From: Nemertoderma westbladi
Lineage: Eukaryota; Animalia; Xenacoelomorpha
NCBI GenBank assembly: GCA_032718475.1
Contig: JAUCBJ010007436.1
Span: 15,126 to 79,125, forward strand
DNA: 64,000 bases
Reading direction: 5' to 3'
The notes under the pieces were generated by a model that had not been told where the DNA came from, did not search any database, and saw only the letters and a list, made by a program, of their open reading frames with translations. The number at the start of each line of letters is the position of its first letter. The first letter of the stretch is position 1. Of the stretch, positions 24,301 through 35,935 are shown piece after piece. Made by a program: the position numbers and the translations under genes.

Positions 24301-27171
24301 ATTGGTCAAGAGTAAGTAGTGATTCTTTCTTATTGGCTAGAGTAAGTAGTGATTTTTTCTTATTGGTGAAGAGTAAGTAGTGATTCTTTCTTATTGGCTA
24401 GAGTAAGTAGCGATTTTGTCTTATTGGTCAAGAGTAAGTAGTGATTTTTTCTTATTGGTGAAGAGTAAGTAGTGATTTTTTCTTATTGGCTAGAGGAAGT
24501 AGCGATTTTGTCTTATTGGTCAAGAGTAAGTAGTGATTCTTTCTTATTGGCTAGAGTAAGTAGCGATTTTTTCTTATTGGTCAAGAGTAAGTAGTGATTC
24601 TTTCTTATTGGCTAGAGTAAGTAGTGATTTTTTCTTATTGGCTAGAGGAAGTAGCGATTTTGTCTTATTGGTCAAGAGTAAGTAGTGATTCTTTCTTATT
24701 GGCTAGAGTAAGTAGCGATTTTGTCTTATTGGTCAAGAGTAAGTAGTGATTCTTTCTTATTGGTCAAGAGTAAGTAGTGATTCTTTCTTATTGGCTAGAG
24801 TAAGTAGTGATTCTTTCTTATTGGCTAGAGTAAGTAGCGATTGTGTCTTATTGGTGAAGAGTAAGTAGTGATTATTTCTTATTGGCTAGAGTAAGTAGCG
24901 ATTTTGTCTTATTGGTCAAGAGTAAGTAGTGATTTTTTCTTATTGGTGAAGAGTAAGTAGTGATTCTTTCTTATTGGCTAGAGTAAGTAGCGATTTTGTC
25001 TTATTGGTCAAGAGTAAGTAGTGATTCTTTCTTATTGGCTAGAGTAAGTAGCGATTTTGTCTTATTGGCCAAGAGTAAGTGGTGATTCTTTCTTATTGGC
25101 TAGAGTAAGTAGTGATTTTTTCTTATTGGTGAAGAGTAAGTAGCGATTTTTTCTTATTGGCTAGAGGAAGTAGCGATTTTTTCTTATTGGTGAAGAGTAA
25201 GTAGTGATTCTTTCTTATTGGCTAGAGTAAGTAGCGATTTTGTCTTATTGGTCAAGAGTAAGTAGTGATTCTTTCTTATTGGCTAGAGTAAGTAGTGATT
25301 TTTTCTTATTGGTGAAGAGTAAGTAGTGATTCTTTCTTATTGGCTAGAGTAAGTAGCGATTTTGTCTTATTGGTCAAGAGTAAGTAGTGATTATTTCTTA
25401 TTGCTAGAGTAAGTAGTGATTTTTTCTTATTGGTGAAGAGTAAGTAGTGATTCTTTCTTATTGGCTAGAGTAAGTAGCGATTTTGTCTTATTGGTCAAGA
25501 GTAAGTAGTGATTCTTTCTTATTGGCTAGAGTAAGTCGTGATTTTTTCTTATTGGTGAAGAGTAAGTAGTGATTCTTTCTTATTGGCTAGAGTAAGTAGC
25601 GATTTTGTCTTATTGGTCAAGAGTAAGTAGTGATTTTTTCTTATTGGTGAAGAGTAAGTAGTGATTTTTTCTTATTGGCTAGAGGAAGTAGCGATTTTTT
25701 CTTATTGGTGAAGAGTAAGTAGTGATTCTTTCTTATTGGCTAGAGTAAGTAGCGATTTTGTCTTATTGGTCAAGAGTAAGTAGTGATTTTTAAATTATTG
25801 GTGAAGAGTAAGTAGTGATTTTTTCTTATTGGCTAGAGGAAGTAGCGATTTTTTCTTATTGGTGAAGAGTAAGTAGTGATTCTTTCTTATTGGCTAGAGT
25901 AAGTAGCGATTTTTTCTTATTGGTGAAGAGTAAGTAGTGATTATTTCTTATTGGCTAGAGTAAGTAGCGATTTTTTTCTTATTGGTCAAGAGTAAATAGT
26001 GATTTCTTCTTTTTGGTCAAGTGTAAGTAGCGATTTTGTCTTATTGGTCAAGAGTAAGTAGTGATTCTTTCTTATTGGCTAGAGTAAGTAGCGATTTTGT
26101 CTTATTGGTCAAGAGTAAGTAGTGATTATTTCTTATTGGCTAGAGTAAGTAGTGATTTTTTCTTATTGGTGAAGAGTAAGTAGTGATTCTTTCTTATTGG
26201 CTAGAGTAAGTAGCGATTTTGTCTTATTGGTCAAGAGTAAGTAGTGATTCTTTCTTATTGGCTAGAGTAAGTAGTGATTTTTTCTTATTGGTGAAGAGTA
26301 AGTAGTGATTCTTTCTTATTGGCTAGAGTAAGTAGCGATTTTGTCTTATTGGTCAAGAGTAAGTAGTGATTTTTTCTTATTGGTGAAGAGTAAGTAGTGA
26401 TTTTTTCTTATTGGCTAGAGGAAGTAGCGATTTTTTCTTATTGGTGAAGAGTAAGTAGTGATTCTTTCTTATTGGCTAGAGTAAGTAGCGATTTTGTCTT
26501 ATTGGTCAAGAGTAAGTAGTGATTTTTAAATTATTGGTGAAGAGTAAGTAGTGATTTTTTCTTATTGGCTAGAGGAAGTAGCGATTTTTTCTTATTGGTG
26601 AAGAGTAAGTAGTGATTCTTTCTTATTGGCTAGAGTAAGTAGCGATTTTTTCTTATTGGTGAAGAGTAAGTAGTGATTATTTCTTATTGGCTAGAGTAAG
26701 TAGCGATTTTTTTCTTATTGGTCAAGAGTAAATAGTGATTTCTTCTTTTTGGTCAAGTGTAAGTAGCGATTTTGTCTTATTGGTCAAGAGTAAGTAGTGA
26801 TTTTTTCTTATTGGTGAAGAGTAAGTAGTGATTCTTTCTTATTGGCTAGAGTAAGTAGCGATTATTTTCTTATTGGTCAAGAGTAAATAGTGATTTTTTC
26901 TTATTGGCTAGAGTAAGTAGTGATTTTTTCTTATTGGCTAGAGTAAGTAGTGATTTTTTCTTATTGGCTAGAGTAAGTAGTGATTTTTTCTTATTGGCTA
27001 GAGTAAGTAGTGATTTTTTCTTATTGGCTAGAGTAAGTAGTGATTTTTTCTTATTGGCTAGAGTAAGTAGTGATTTTTTCTTATTGGCTAGAGTAAGTAG
27101 TGATTTTTTCTTATTGGCTAGAGTAAGTAGTGATTTTTTCTTATTGGTCAAGAAAAAATCGCTACTCACTC
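18352..27171. repeat. 30/31-bp satellite, right part (~290 units) with higher-order duplications
   Basis: Same unit, often a 61-bp dimer; ends in homogeneous 30-mers and one inverted partial unit (27150-27171). Confidence 0.98.
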
Positions 27172-27296
27172 ATAATCGCGACATACTCTGCACCAGGTGT
27201 AGTTAATAGTCGTGGAGTGGCGCTAACGTCGTTCCATAGTGAATGGTTCATTGATTCAATGTTTATTGCTCTACGTTGTATATCCGATCCGATTGT

Positions 27297-27944
27297 TTAC
27301 AATCTTCGTAAAACTGTAGCAATAAAGACGGCAACTAAATGCGGAGTCGATACAACATTGTCGGCACCACTCCCAGTAACCATAGCGACCGTAGAGTAGT
27401 TGTTGTTGTCAGCAGTGGTAGTAGATTCTATGTCCCTTGGTTTCCATTGTATTGGAGGACACGGCCCTTCGAAACAACATTGATATTTGCAAGTTCCATA
27501 TGTTACTGTGAGATCAAATTTCAGCCAATTGACAATAGCTAAAAATCTGACGACTTTATCATCTTTGTATTCTTCGTCGACTTCCGGAAGAACTACTTCG
27601 AGCATATAGATACAACCGTCTTCGGTAATTGGCGCGCACCTTGGATGACTAAAGCACACGTAATAATGGCCCTCAATCGTCCCTTCGTCTTGAAGCTCGT
27701 CGGAAGTCAGGTATCCTGTGTACTTGATTGAGGAAACACCACAGAGAGTGCAACCTGTCACCATGGTAGTGCCTTGAACCATCTTGTTACTTTTTACGAA
27801 CCTGTCTATTTTATCTACATACATTTTTTGCAAGTTTTCGTTGTCGGAAGAAATCGTCCAATTCATTCCATCTGGACAGGTAATGTTCGAGGAAGCGACC
27901 ATGGTTGCGTGGAGAAAAATTAAAATAGCGGATATATGTTGCAT
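27297..27944 (-). CDS. Secreted/GPI-anchored 10-Cys protein, Ly6/uPAR (three-finger)-like, nested antisense in SMPD1 intron 3
   Basis: 215-aa ATG ORF; signal peptide MQHISAILIFLHATMVASS; 10 Cys ending CKYQCCFEGPC; Ser/Thr stalk; hydrophobic C-tail; AATAAA 30 nt after stop (27262-27267). Confidence 0.75.
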   Translation of the reverse strand: MQHISAILIFLHATMVASSNITCPDGMNWTISSDNENLQKMYVDKIDRFVKSNKMVQGTTMVTGCTLCGVSSIKYTGYLTSDELQDEGTIEGHYYVCFSHPRCAPITEDGCIYMLEVVLPEVDEEYKDDKVVRFLAIVNWLKFDLTVTYGTCKYQCCFEGPCPPIQWKPRDIESTTTADNNNYSTVAMVTGSGADNVVSTPHLVAVFIATVLRRL

Positions 27945-28049
27945 TTTATCTGTTAAATTTATAAACCCAGGGACCCCACCCGACCAAGAGTTTATCAGGT
28001 ATTAGTTAGTTTGTTATATTATCATAGTTGAAACTGAAAAATGGCCTAA

Positions 28050-30092
28050 TTCAAGAAGTTATACTTCAATATACACGAAGTGGGGCCTTCGCGCAGCACG
28101 TGAAATGAGTTAATGCTAAGTATCAACTCGAAAGGATTATAAAAACATAGGAGAAGATTTTCCCGGAAAACGTTAACCCTCTAGCGGGAGACTGGGTAAC
28201 TGAAGAAGGAAGGATTAGTTTCCCTACAAAGCCACAGCCTATGGTCTATTACATATCTACCAAGTTTCCGATTGACGGATCATAAATAACGAAATGTTGG
28301 AAGGTTTTCACTTTCATACATTTAGCCCTCTAGCGGCATATTAAAGAACTACGGATCGATCACCTTCCTCACAAAGACGAGGCATGTGGTCTAGTACATA
28401 CCGGTACTGTATATTCCAAAATTCAGCTTAAATAGATTAAGATCAAGGAATTCGCGAAGGTTATCACTTTCCTACATTTCGCCCTCTAGCGGCAGACTCG
28501 AAAACTCCGGACCGATTACTGTCCACACAAAGACTTAGGATGTCTTCTAGTACATATATGACAAGTTTCAGCGTAATCAGATCATAAACAACTAAATGGA
28601 AGAATAATTTCACATTCGGGACATTTCGCCCTCTAGCGGCAGACTGGAGAACTGCAGACAGATTAGCCTCCTTTGAAATTTACAGCTAATGGTCTAGTAC
28701 ATACTTCCGAAGTTTCAGCTTAAACGGATTAAAAGCAAAGAAATGGGTGGCCATTTAATGTTTAGACATGTGGCCCTCTAGCGGCAGACTGGAAAACTTC
28801 GGACCGATTACAATCCACGCAAAGACTCAGGATGTCATCTAGTACATATATGACAAGTTTCAGCGTAATCAGATCATAAACAACTAAATGGAAGAATAAT
28901 TTCACATTCGGGACATTTCGCCCTCTAGCGGCAGACTGGAGAACTGCAGACAGATTAGCCTCCTTTGAAATTTACAGCTAATGGTCTAGTACATACTTCC
29001 CAAGTTTCAGCTTAAACGGATTAAAAGCAAAGAAATGGGTGGCCATTTAATGTTTAGACATGTGGCCCTCTAGCGGCAGACTGGAAAACTTCGGACCGAT
29101 TACAATCCACACAAAGACTCAGGATGTCATCTAGTACATATATGACAAGTTTCAGCGTAATCAGATCAGAAACAACTAAATGGAAGAATAATTTCACATT
29201 CGGGACATTTCGCCCTCTAGCGGCAGACTGGAGAACTGCAGACAGATTAGCCTCCTTTGAAATTTACAGCTAATGGTCTAGTACATACTTCCCAAGTTTC
29301 AGCTTAAACGGATTAAAAGCAAAGAAATGGGTGGCCATTTAATGTTTAGACATGTGGCCCTCTAGCGGCAGACTGGAAAACTTCGGACCGATTACAATCC
29401 ACACAAAGACTCAGGATGTCATCTAGTACATATATGACAAGTTTCAGCGTAATCAGATCATAAACAACTAAATGGAAGAATAATTTCACATTCGGGACAT
29501 TTCGCCCTCTAGCGGCAGACTGGAGAACTGCAGACAGATTAGCCTCCTTTGAAATTTACAGCTAATGGTCTAGTACATACTTCCCAAGTTTCAGCTTAAA
29601 CGGATTAAAAGCAAAGAAATGGGTGGCCATTTAATGTTTAGACATGTGGCCCTCTAGCGGCAGACTGGAAAACTTCGGACCGATTACAATCCACACAAAG
29701 ACTCAGGATGTCATCTAGTACATATATGACAAGTTTCAGCGTAATCAGATCATAAACAACTAAATGGAAGAATAATTTCACATTCGGGACATTTCGCCCT
29801 CTAGCGGCAGACTGGAGAACTGCAGACAGATTAGCCTCCTTTGAAATTTACAGCTAATGGTCTAGTACATACTTCCCAAGTTTCAGCTTAAACGGATTAA
29901 AAGCAAAGAAATGGGTGGCCATTTAATGTTTAGACATGTGGCCCTCTAGCGGGAGACCATTGCACTGATGGTGTCTGAAAGTCTCTCAAAAATCTCAACT
30001 TTTGCTCATATTGATACCTACAAATTTTCAACTTGGCAGCTTTAAATCCGACAAAGTTATTAGCATGTCAAAATCGTAACGACGACGACGAC

Positions 30093-30131
<39 letters not shown>

Positions 30132-30226
30132 AACGACGACGACGACAACTATTCGCATAAATTGACCCACCCCCTAACAGTGTCAATTCGCTAAGGCTCC
30201 GCCAACTTCGTGGCTCGCCCCACAAA
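28050..30226 (-). mobile_element. Non-autonomous Helentron/DINE-1-like element, copy 2
   Basis: Minus-strand 5' TTTTGTGGGGCGAGCCACGAAG, (GTC)n microsatellite 30078-30148, central tandem array, 3' GTGCTGCGCGAAGGCCCCAC plus GAAGT-ATA-ACTTC hairpin. Confidence 0.75.
28170..29960. repeat. ~146-bp tandem repeat organised as a 292-bp dimer
   Basis: CCCTCTAGCGG recurs about every 145-147 bp (e.g. 28628, 28773, 28920, 29065 ... 29941); alternate monomers are near-identical. Confidence 0.95.
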
Positions 30227-31088
30227 ATCCCATCACTACAGTACAACTATAATAGTGTCTTGGACTTATATCACGAATTCACATCACGTGACCATCACGC
30301 GACTGTGGGACTCAGTCAGGGGTTCATATCACAGGGTTTTTTCACGGTATCATTTCAACTTGGTTCTATCACATGCTCACACTGCTCGAGAATAGACCCC
30401 TTTTTCACAAAAATGGTTATTTTTCTGGTTCAAAGCTCGGGGGCACACTCACTGGTTCACATTGCTGATAAAAGATAACATGTTCGCATCACTGCACGCG
30501 GACACTAAGATTAGAAATACACATTATCTTACACTCGGGTTTAACACTTAATATAAATTCATCATGAATTTATGTATTAAATTAGTAATAATTTGTTAGA
30601 TAAAGTAAATTAACGCGATCCGTGGGAGAATTGTTAAAACGACACAAATAAGAAATTATAACCTGAGAAACGTAATGTAGGTTAATAATATCATCATAAG
30701 GTACAGCAGCACCCTATATAATTTATAGTTGTGTAAGTGTACGTACATGTTGGGTACAGACAGCCCATGGAGACGCAATTATTTCTAAAATAATAACTAC
30801 TACAGAGTTGTCTCAGTAATATCGTCAGCAATCGACACATTCCAAACTGTGAAGGGAAGATCAATACGCACTAAACACAATGTTGTACAGTACGATGTAG
30901 AGAATTGTAATAATAATACATAACACTGTAATGAGGTGTACATGTAGTAGGGGAAGATAAAGGAATATGAATTTTTATAACACAATGGAACTTCAATTTC
31001 AGTACATGAAAATAATGTAAACAATTTTTACAGTTATAACCAACATACTTACTTCATTTAAGTTGTGTATCAATTTAATTTATTCCAG

Positions 31089-31635
31089 ATACGAATCGAC
31101 AGTGCGAGGTCAGTTCTTCGGTCACACCCACCGAGATCATTTCGAGATATACTACGACCTGGCTGGAAAACAGCGCCCTCTGGCGGTGAGTATAATATCG
31201 CCGTCGGTGACGCCGTATAGTCGCATCAACCCGGGCTATCGCGTACTCGAGATGGACGGAAACTACCCGGGTAGTTCTAGAACGCTTCTCGATTACCACA
31301 CCTACATACTCAACCTAACCCTGGCCCAGGAAACCAACCAACCGCAGTGGACCCGCGAGTATTCAATGCGTGAGGCCTTCGGAATGTCCGGCTTACTGCC
31401 CGCCGACTTCGAGGACTTAGCCCATCGCTTGGATACAGACGATAAGTTATTCGATAAATTCTACCAGTTTATGTACAAGTCGCATCCCTTTGCTCCGTGC
31501 ACAAGCGATCAATGTCGACGCGACATTATATGTCGCCTACGCACCGGATTGGCTAATGATTTCCGTTTCTGTAACAACGCGAACAACAGAGCCAATCTCC
31601 GTTACGGAATCACAAAGTGGCACTTACTCTGTTAA
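31089..31635 (+). CDS. SMPD1: Acid sphingomyelinase-like, exon 4 (last)
   Basis: TTCCAG acceptor, phase 2 matches exon 3 (R-YE); QFFGHTHRD, SPSVTPY, NPGYR, C-terminal Cys motifs; TAA at 31633-31635. Confidence 0.94.
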
Positions 31636-33314
31636 AAAGTGCGCATTGTATTGAGACTGTATATTATAATGGACAAACACGTATAGATCTGTTCGAAGTG
31701 TCTTGAGATTATATTTTTTGTGGGATTTTGGAAACCAACCATTCAGAAACAGAAAGTCTAGAACGTTAACCCCATCCCAAGGTTAGCGCTAATGTACAAC
31801 ACAACACAAAACAACACAAATCTCTATACAACACAAAAACAAATACAATATACTTCGGGGGGGGGGGGGGGGGGGGGGTTCGAGCAGCACGTCAGTGGAC
31901 GATTACTAATGGCATGATGATTCGAATGTGTTTCTATCTTCGTGTACTTGTCAGATTGAAAAAAACGCCAAACCATAAGCCGATCGGAATACAGTAGGGC
32001 TACACGAGAAAATATAATCACAAACAGAATAGTTATCATTCACAAATGGATCCCCCCTGACATCACACGGTATTATATTCATTTACGTGTATGCTCTAAA
32101 ACTATAAAACAGAAAAGCTACTCATAGTGAGAAATAATGCAGTGGAATAGCATTGTGTCGTATTGTAGTAAGATTAAATATAATCACAAATATAGCCACC
32201 CAGTGGTTACTTTGGATTACCTTTTGGGATAATTAACTTTCTAAAACCATTACTTTCTCAAAGTTTATGATAGTTCAAATGCTGCAAGCATAGTTCATGA
32301 AGAAAAAAAGTTTGTAGTTTAGTTATGTATTCCAAGCTGGCTTCCTAATTTCCACCAAGAGATATTTTGATAATAAGTGGTAAATAGTAGATGTATAGTT
32401 GAAGTGTAATAAAACATTTGAATTTCGTATTGATTGGTATTTGTTTTTATTGGTATTGTTGGTCTTGTTTTTGTATTCGTATTCGTACCGGTATGGGTAA
32501 CAGTCTCCAACCACGATAAATTCGTCAAATAAATAAATAAATAATACTAATATTGTGACGTACCGAAGTGTGCAGTGGTGTGACACTATTCTGTAGGATG
32601 TAGTTTTATTTATACTGTAGAATTGTAGAGTACTGGCTCTTAGAGCTACATTTTTACTAATTAATTATAAATCGGCAACTTAATAATTAATCACATTAGT
32701 CTTCATTGTGGCACTAAAAACTTCCAATATTTATTGTAGTTTAAGACCAATCTAATTTATAATTTTCACTTGAAATAATTTTTCTAATTATAATATTATT
32801 AATATTATTTATTATAAATAATAAGCAAAGATACTCGGCCAAACGAGGTAAAATTTACTTATACATACTGGAATTTATTGTCTTTATTCAGTTACGTTAC
32901 CACCCGGAACCCTTCAGATAAGATACATCCACGTCTGTTTTAAATTTTAAACATAAATAGTTTGGACCTACCAACTTCTTAAGCAGTTGAGATATAATTT
33001 TTGCACATTCAATTATTTGTGACAAACATTTGAAAATTGTGTCTCATAGCCTTTATGGACATTGCATCTGTTCAGTATCACACTAAATTTCAATCTCATC
33101 AATTTTGCTCATGTATAGCACATATGCTTAGGTGACGGAGCAGGAATGCGCTTCTGGGACCTTACCAGGGTCTGCTATATGTCGGTCTGTCTGTCTGTTT
33201 GTCAATGTTGTAATCTGTAATATTATGTTTAATGTTTGGTAACAATGGATAGACCTATATATAATTATAGAGCACAATGTACACATTATAATAAATGTAT
33301 AGCACATATTCCAT

Positions 33315-33742
33315 CATATCCCATCGCAGATAACCCATATCCCATCACAGATAACCCATATCCCATCACAGATAACCCATATCCCATCACAGATAACCCA
33401 TATCCCATCACAGATAACCCATATCCCATCACAGATAACCCATATCCCATCACAGATAACCCATATCCCATCACAGATAACCCATATCCCATCACAGATA
33501 ACCCATATCCCATCACAGATAACCCATATCCCATCACAGATAACCCATATCCCATCACAGATAACCCATATCCCATCACAGATAACCCATATCCCATCAC
33601 AGATAACCCATATCCCATCACAGATAACCCATATCCCATCTCAGATAACCCATATCCCATCACAGATAACCCATATCCCATCACAGATAACCCATATCCC
33701 ATCACAGATAACCCATATCCCATCACATATAACCCATATCCC
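33315..33742. repeat. 21-bp minisatellite (~20 copies)
   Basis: (CCCATATCCCATCACAGATAA)n, nearly perfect. Confidence 0.98.
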
Positions 33743-34608
33743 AATCACCTTTTAAAGTAAACTCAAATTATTATTTCAATTTATATTCTGAATAAAACAC
33801 TAAATTCCAGGACATGGCCTGGTATACTGTATGAATGAGTTAGTGAGTACCATATTTATTATTGCTGTAACTCCTTCTTAAAACTGCCGAATTTTTGTGC
33901 GATTTAATTAACAAAACATATATGTGATTTTGAGGATGTTTTAAATTTTTAATATATTTATTACAATTTTTAATATATTTATTACAATTTTTAATATATT
34001 TATAACAATTTGTAATATTCATTGCAGTTTGGTATTTTGTAGTTATAGACTTACGCATTGCGATTCAAGTAATTTATGCCGTAGGAACACTGTGTTTATT
34101 TTAATTGAAGTAAATAAATATTCTTAATAATGCAATTTACATTGTTATGTGGGAATGTGATAATTATTCTTAATTGGATCATTGGATAATATCATGTACT
34201 TTAATTAATTAATCTATGTTTTCACTGAAGGCCTATAATGTTTAATTATAAATTAATTGAGTGTATAACAGAATCTGTCAACTTTTCATTCTGAAAAACT
34301 CGTCCAAACTGCAATAAAACGGGATCTTATACAGTACGTCTAGTATGGTGGCCGATCGCTTATCTCTGTAAATTCTTGTACATTACCGAACCCATTACCA
34401 TTAACCCAATACCATTTAACGCCAAATGTATTTATAGGGTAATTGTTGATAGTGATATACTGTAGGCCATGGCCTATCGTTATCAACAATTTTATCATTC
34501 CATTTTCAAATTAGATTTAATCTTCAAACTAATTTAACTAACTGTCGATAAACTGATCACAGGCTACTAGCGGCCGTACAACGAATCATTAAGGATGAAG
34601 AGACGATA

Positions 34609-34744
34609 ATGTACGGATCGGACATAGCGACGGATATGCTGGCTATGTGAGTACGAGCAGTGAATCTTCTGGACTCGCAAGCCAGGAGGGCGTTAGACAG
34701 TTGCTATACTACATGTTATTTCCAAGGAAACACCCGGAAAAGCG
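34609..34744 (+). CDS. Divergent small GTPase-like gene, candidate exon 1 (contains in-frame TGA at 34648)
   Basis: VRAVNLLDSQARRALDSCYTTCYFQG aligns loosely with beta1/P-loop/alpha1 of Ras-family proteins; phase-1 donor G|GTACAG fits the next exon. Start is uncertain. Confidence 0.45.
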
Positions 34745-35760
34745 GTACAGTATTGTACTTTTGCTCACTTGGTACAGTATTATACTTTTGCTCACTTGGT
34801 ACAGTATTATACTTTTGCTCACTTGGTACAGTACTGTATTATACTTTTGCTCACTTGGTACAGTACTGTATTATACTTTTGCTCACTTGGTACAGTATTA
34901 TACTTTTGCTCACTTGGTACAGTATTGTACTTTTGCTCACTTGGTACAGTACTGTATTGTACTTTTGCTCACTTGGTACAGTACTGTATTATACTTTTGC
35001 TCACTTGGTACAGTATTATACTTTTGCTCACTTGGTACAGTATTGTACTTTTGCTCACTTGGTACAGTACAGTATTATACTTTTGCTCACTTGGTACAGT
35101 ATTATACTTTTGCTCACTTGGTACAGTATTATACTTTTGCTCACTTGGTACAGTATTGTACTTTTGCTCACTTGGTACAGTACAGTATTATACTTTTGCT
35201 CACTTGGTACAGTATTATACTTTTGCTCACTTGGTACTGTATTATAATTTTGCTCACTTGGTACAGTATTATACTTTTGCTCACTTGGTACAGTATTGTA
35301 CTTTTGCTCACTTGGTACAGTACTGTATTGTACTTTTGTTCACTGGGTACAGTATTACTTTTTTGCTCACTTGGTACAGTATTATACTTTTGCTCACTTG
35401 GTACAGTATTATACTTTTGCTCACTTGGTACAGTATTGTACTTTTGCTCACTTGGTACAGTACAGTATTATACTTTTGCTCACTTGGTACAGTACTGTAT
35501 TATACTTTTGCTCACTTGGTACAGTACTGTATTATACTTTTGCTCACTTGGTACAGTATTATACTTTTGCTCACTTGGTACAGTATTGTACTTTTGCTCA
35601 CTTGGTACAGTACAGTATTATACTTTTGCTCACTTGGTACAGTATTATACTTTTGCTCACTTGGTACTGTATTATACTTTTGCTCACTTGGTACAGTATT
35701 ATACTTTTGCTCACTTGGTACAGTATTGTACTTTTGCTCACTTGGTACAGTACTGTATTG
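34744..35760. repeat. 27/32-bp minisatellite
   Basis: (GGTACAGTATTATACTTTTGCTCACTT)n with 5-bp insertion variants. Confidence 0.97.
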
Positions 35761-35935
35761 TATTGTATATTCATTAAATCAGTGGCTAATACTGAAGGCT
35801 AAAAGGAATACCTGAACTGTACTGCTGTACTGACTACTGCCTTGACAACTGTCAGACTTTGTGGCGCCAAATTATATATTTCTGATTGTGTCGCCTCTAT
35901 ATTCGAGTGAACGCGTCACTGCAGCCGGCGTTTTG

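Larger units (their letters stand above)
12251..27282. mobile_element. Inverted-repeat-bounded non-autonomous element containing a satellite array (and a later LINE)
   Basis: Outer IR TATACAACGT (12251-12260)/ACGTTGTATA (27273-27282); inner 36-bp IR 12265-12300/27203-27238 (32/36 match); satellite lies entirely between them. Confidence 0.7.

Noticed and set aside
12345-27171. CRISPR-like appearance of the ~30-bp repeats
   Set aside because: Units are head-to-tail with no unique spacers, no cas genes, and the context is eukaryotic with spliceosomal introns.
26870-27399. Short ORFs at the satellite's right end
   Set aside because: Translations of homogeneous 30-bp units.
6037-31878. Long G/C homopolymer runs (~6040, 8613, 11002, 18139, 31857)
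   Set aside because: Simple runs with no associated structure; lengths are unreliable in assemblies.
33236-33760. NPYPITD / MGYGLSV repeat ORFs on both strands
   Set aside because: 21-bp minisatellite translation with no non-repetitive domain.
34648-34650. Selenocysteine reading of the in-frame TGA
   Set aside because: No SECIS-like element recognisable after the stop at 49193 (the region is an A-rich repeat); exon structure is uncertain.
34647-35815. Long ORFs (376, 348, 195, 168 aa) over the 27-bp array
   Set aside because: Stop-free translations of a minisatellite; only the part before 34745 is considered coding.
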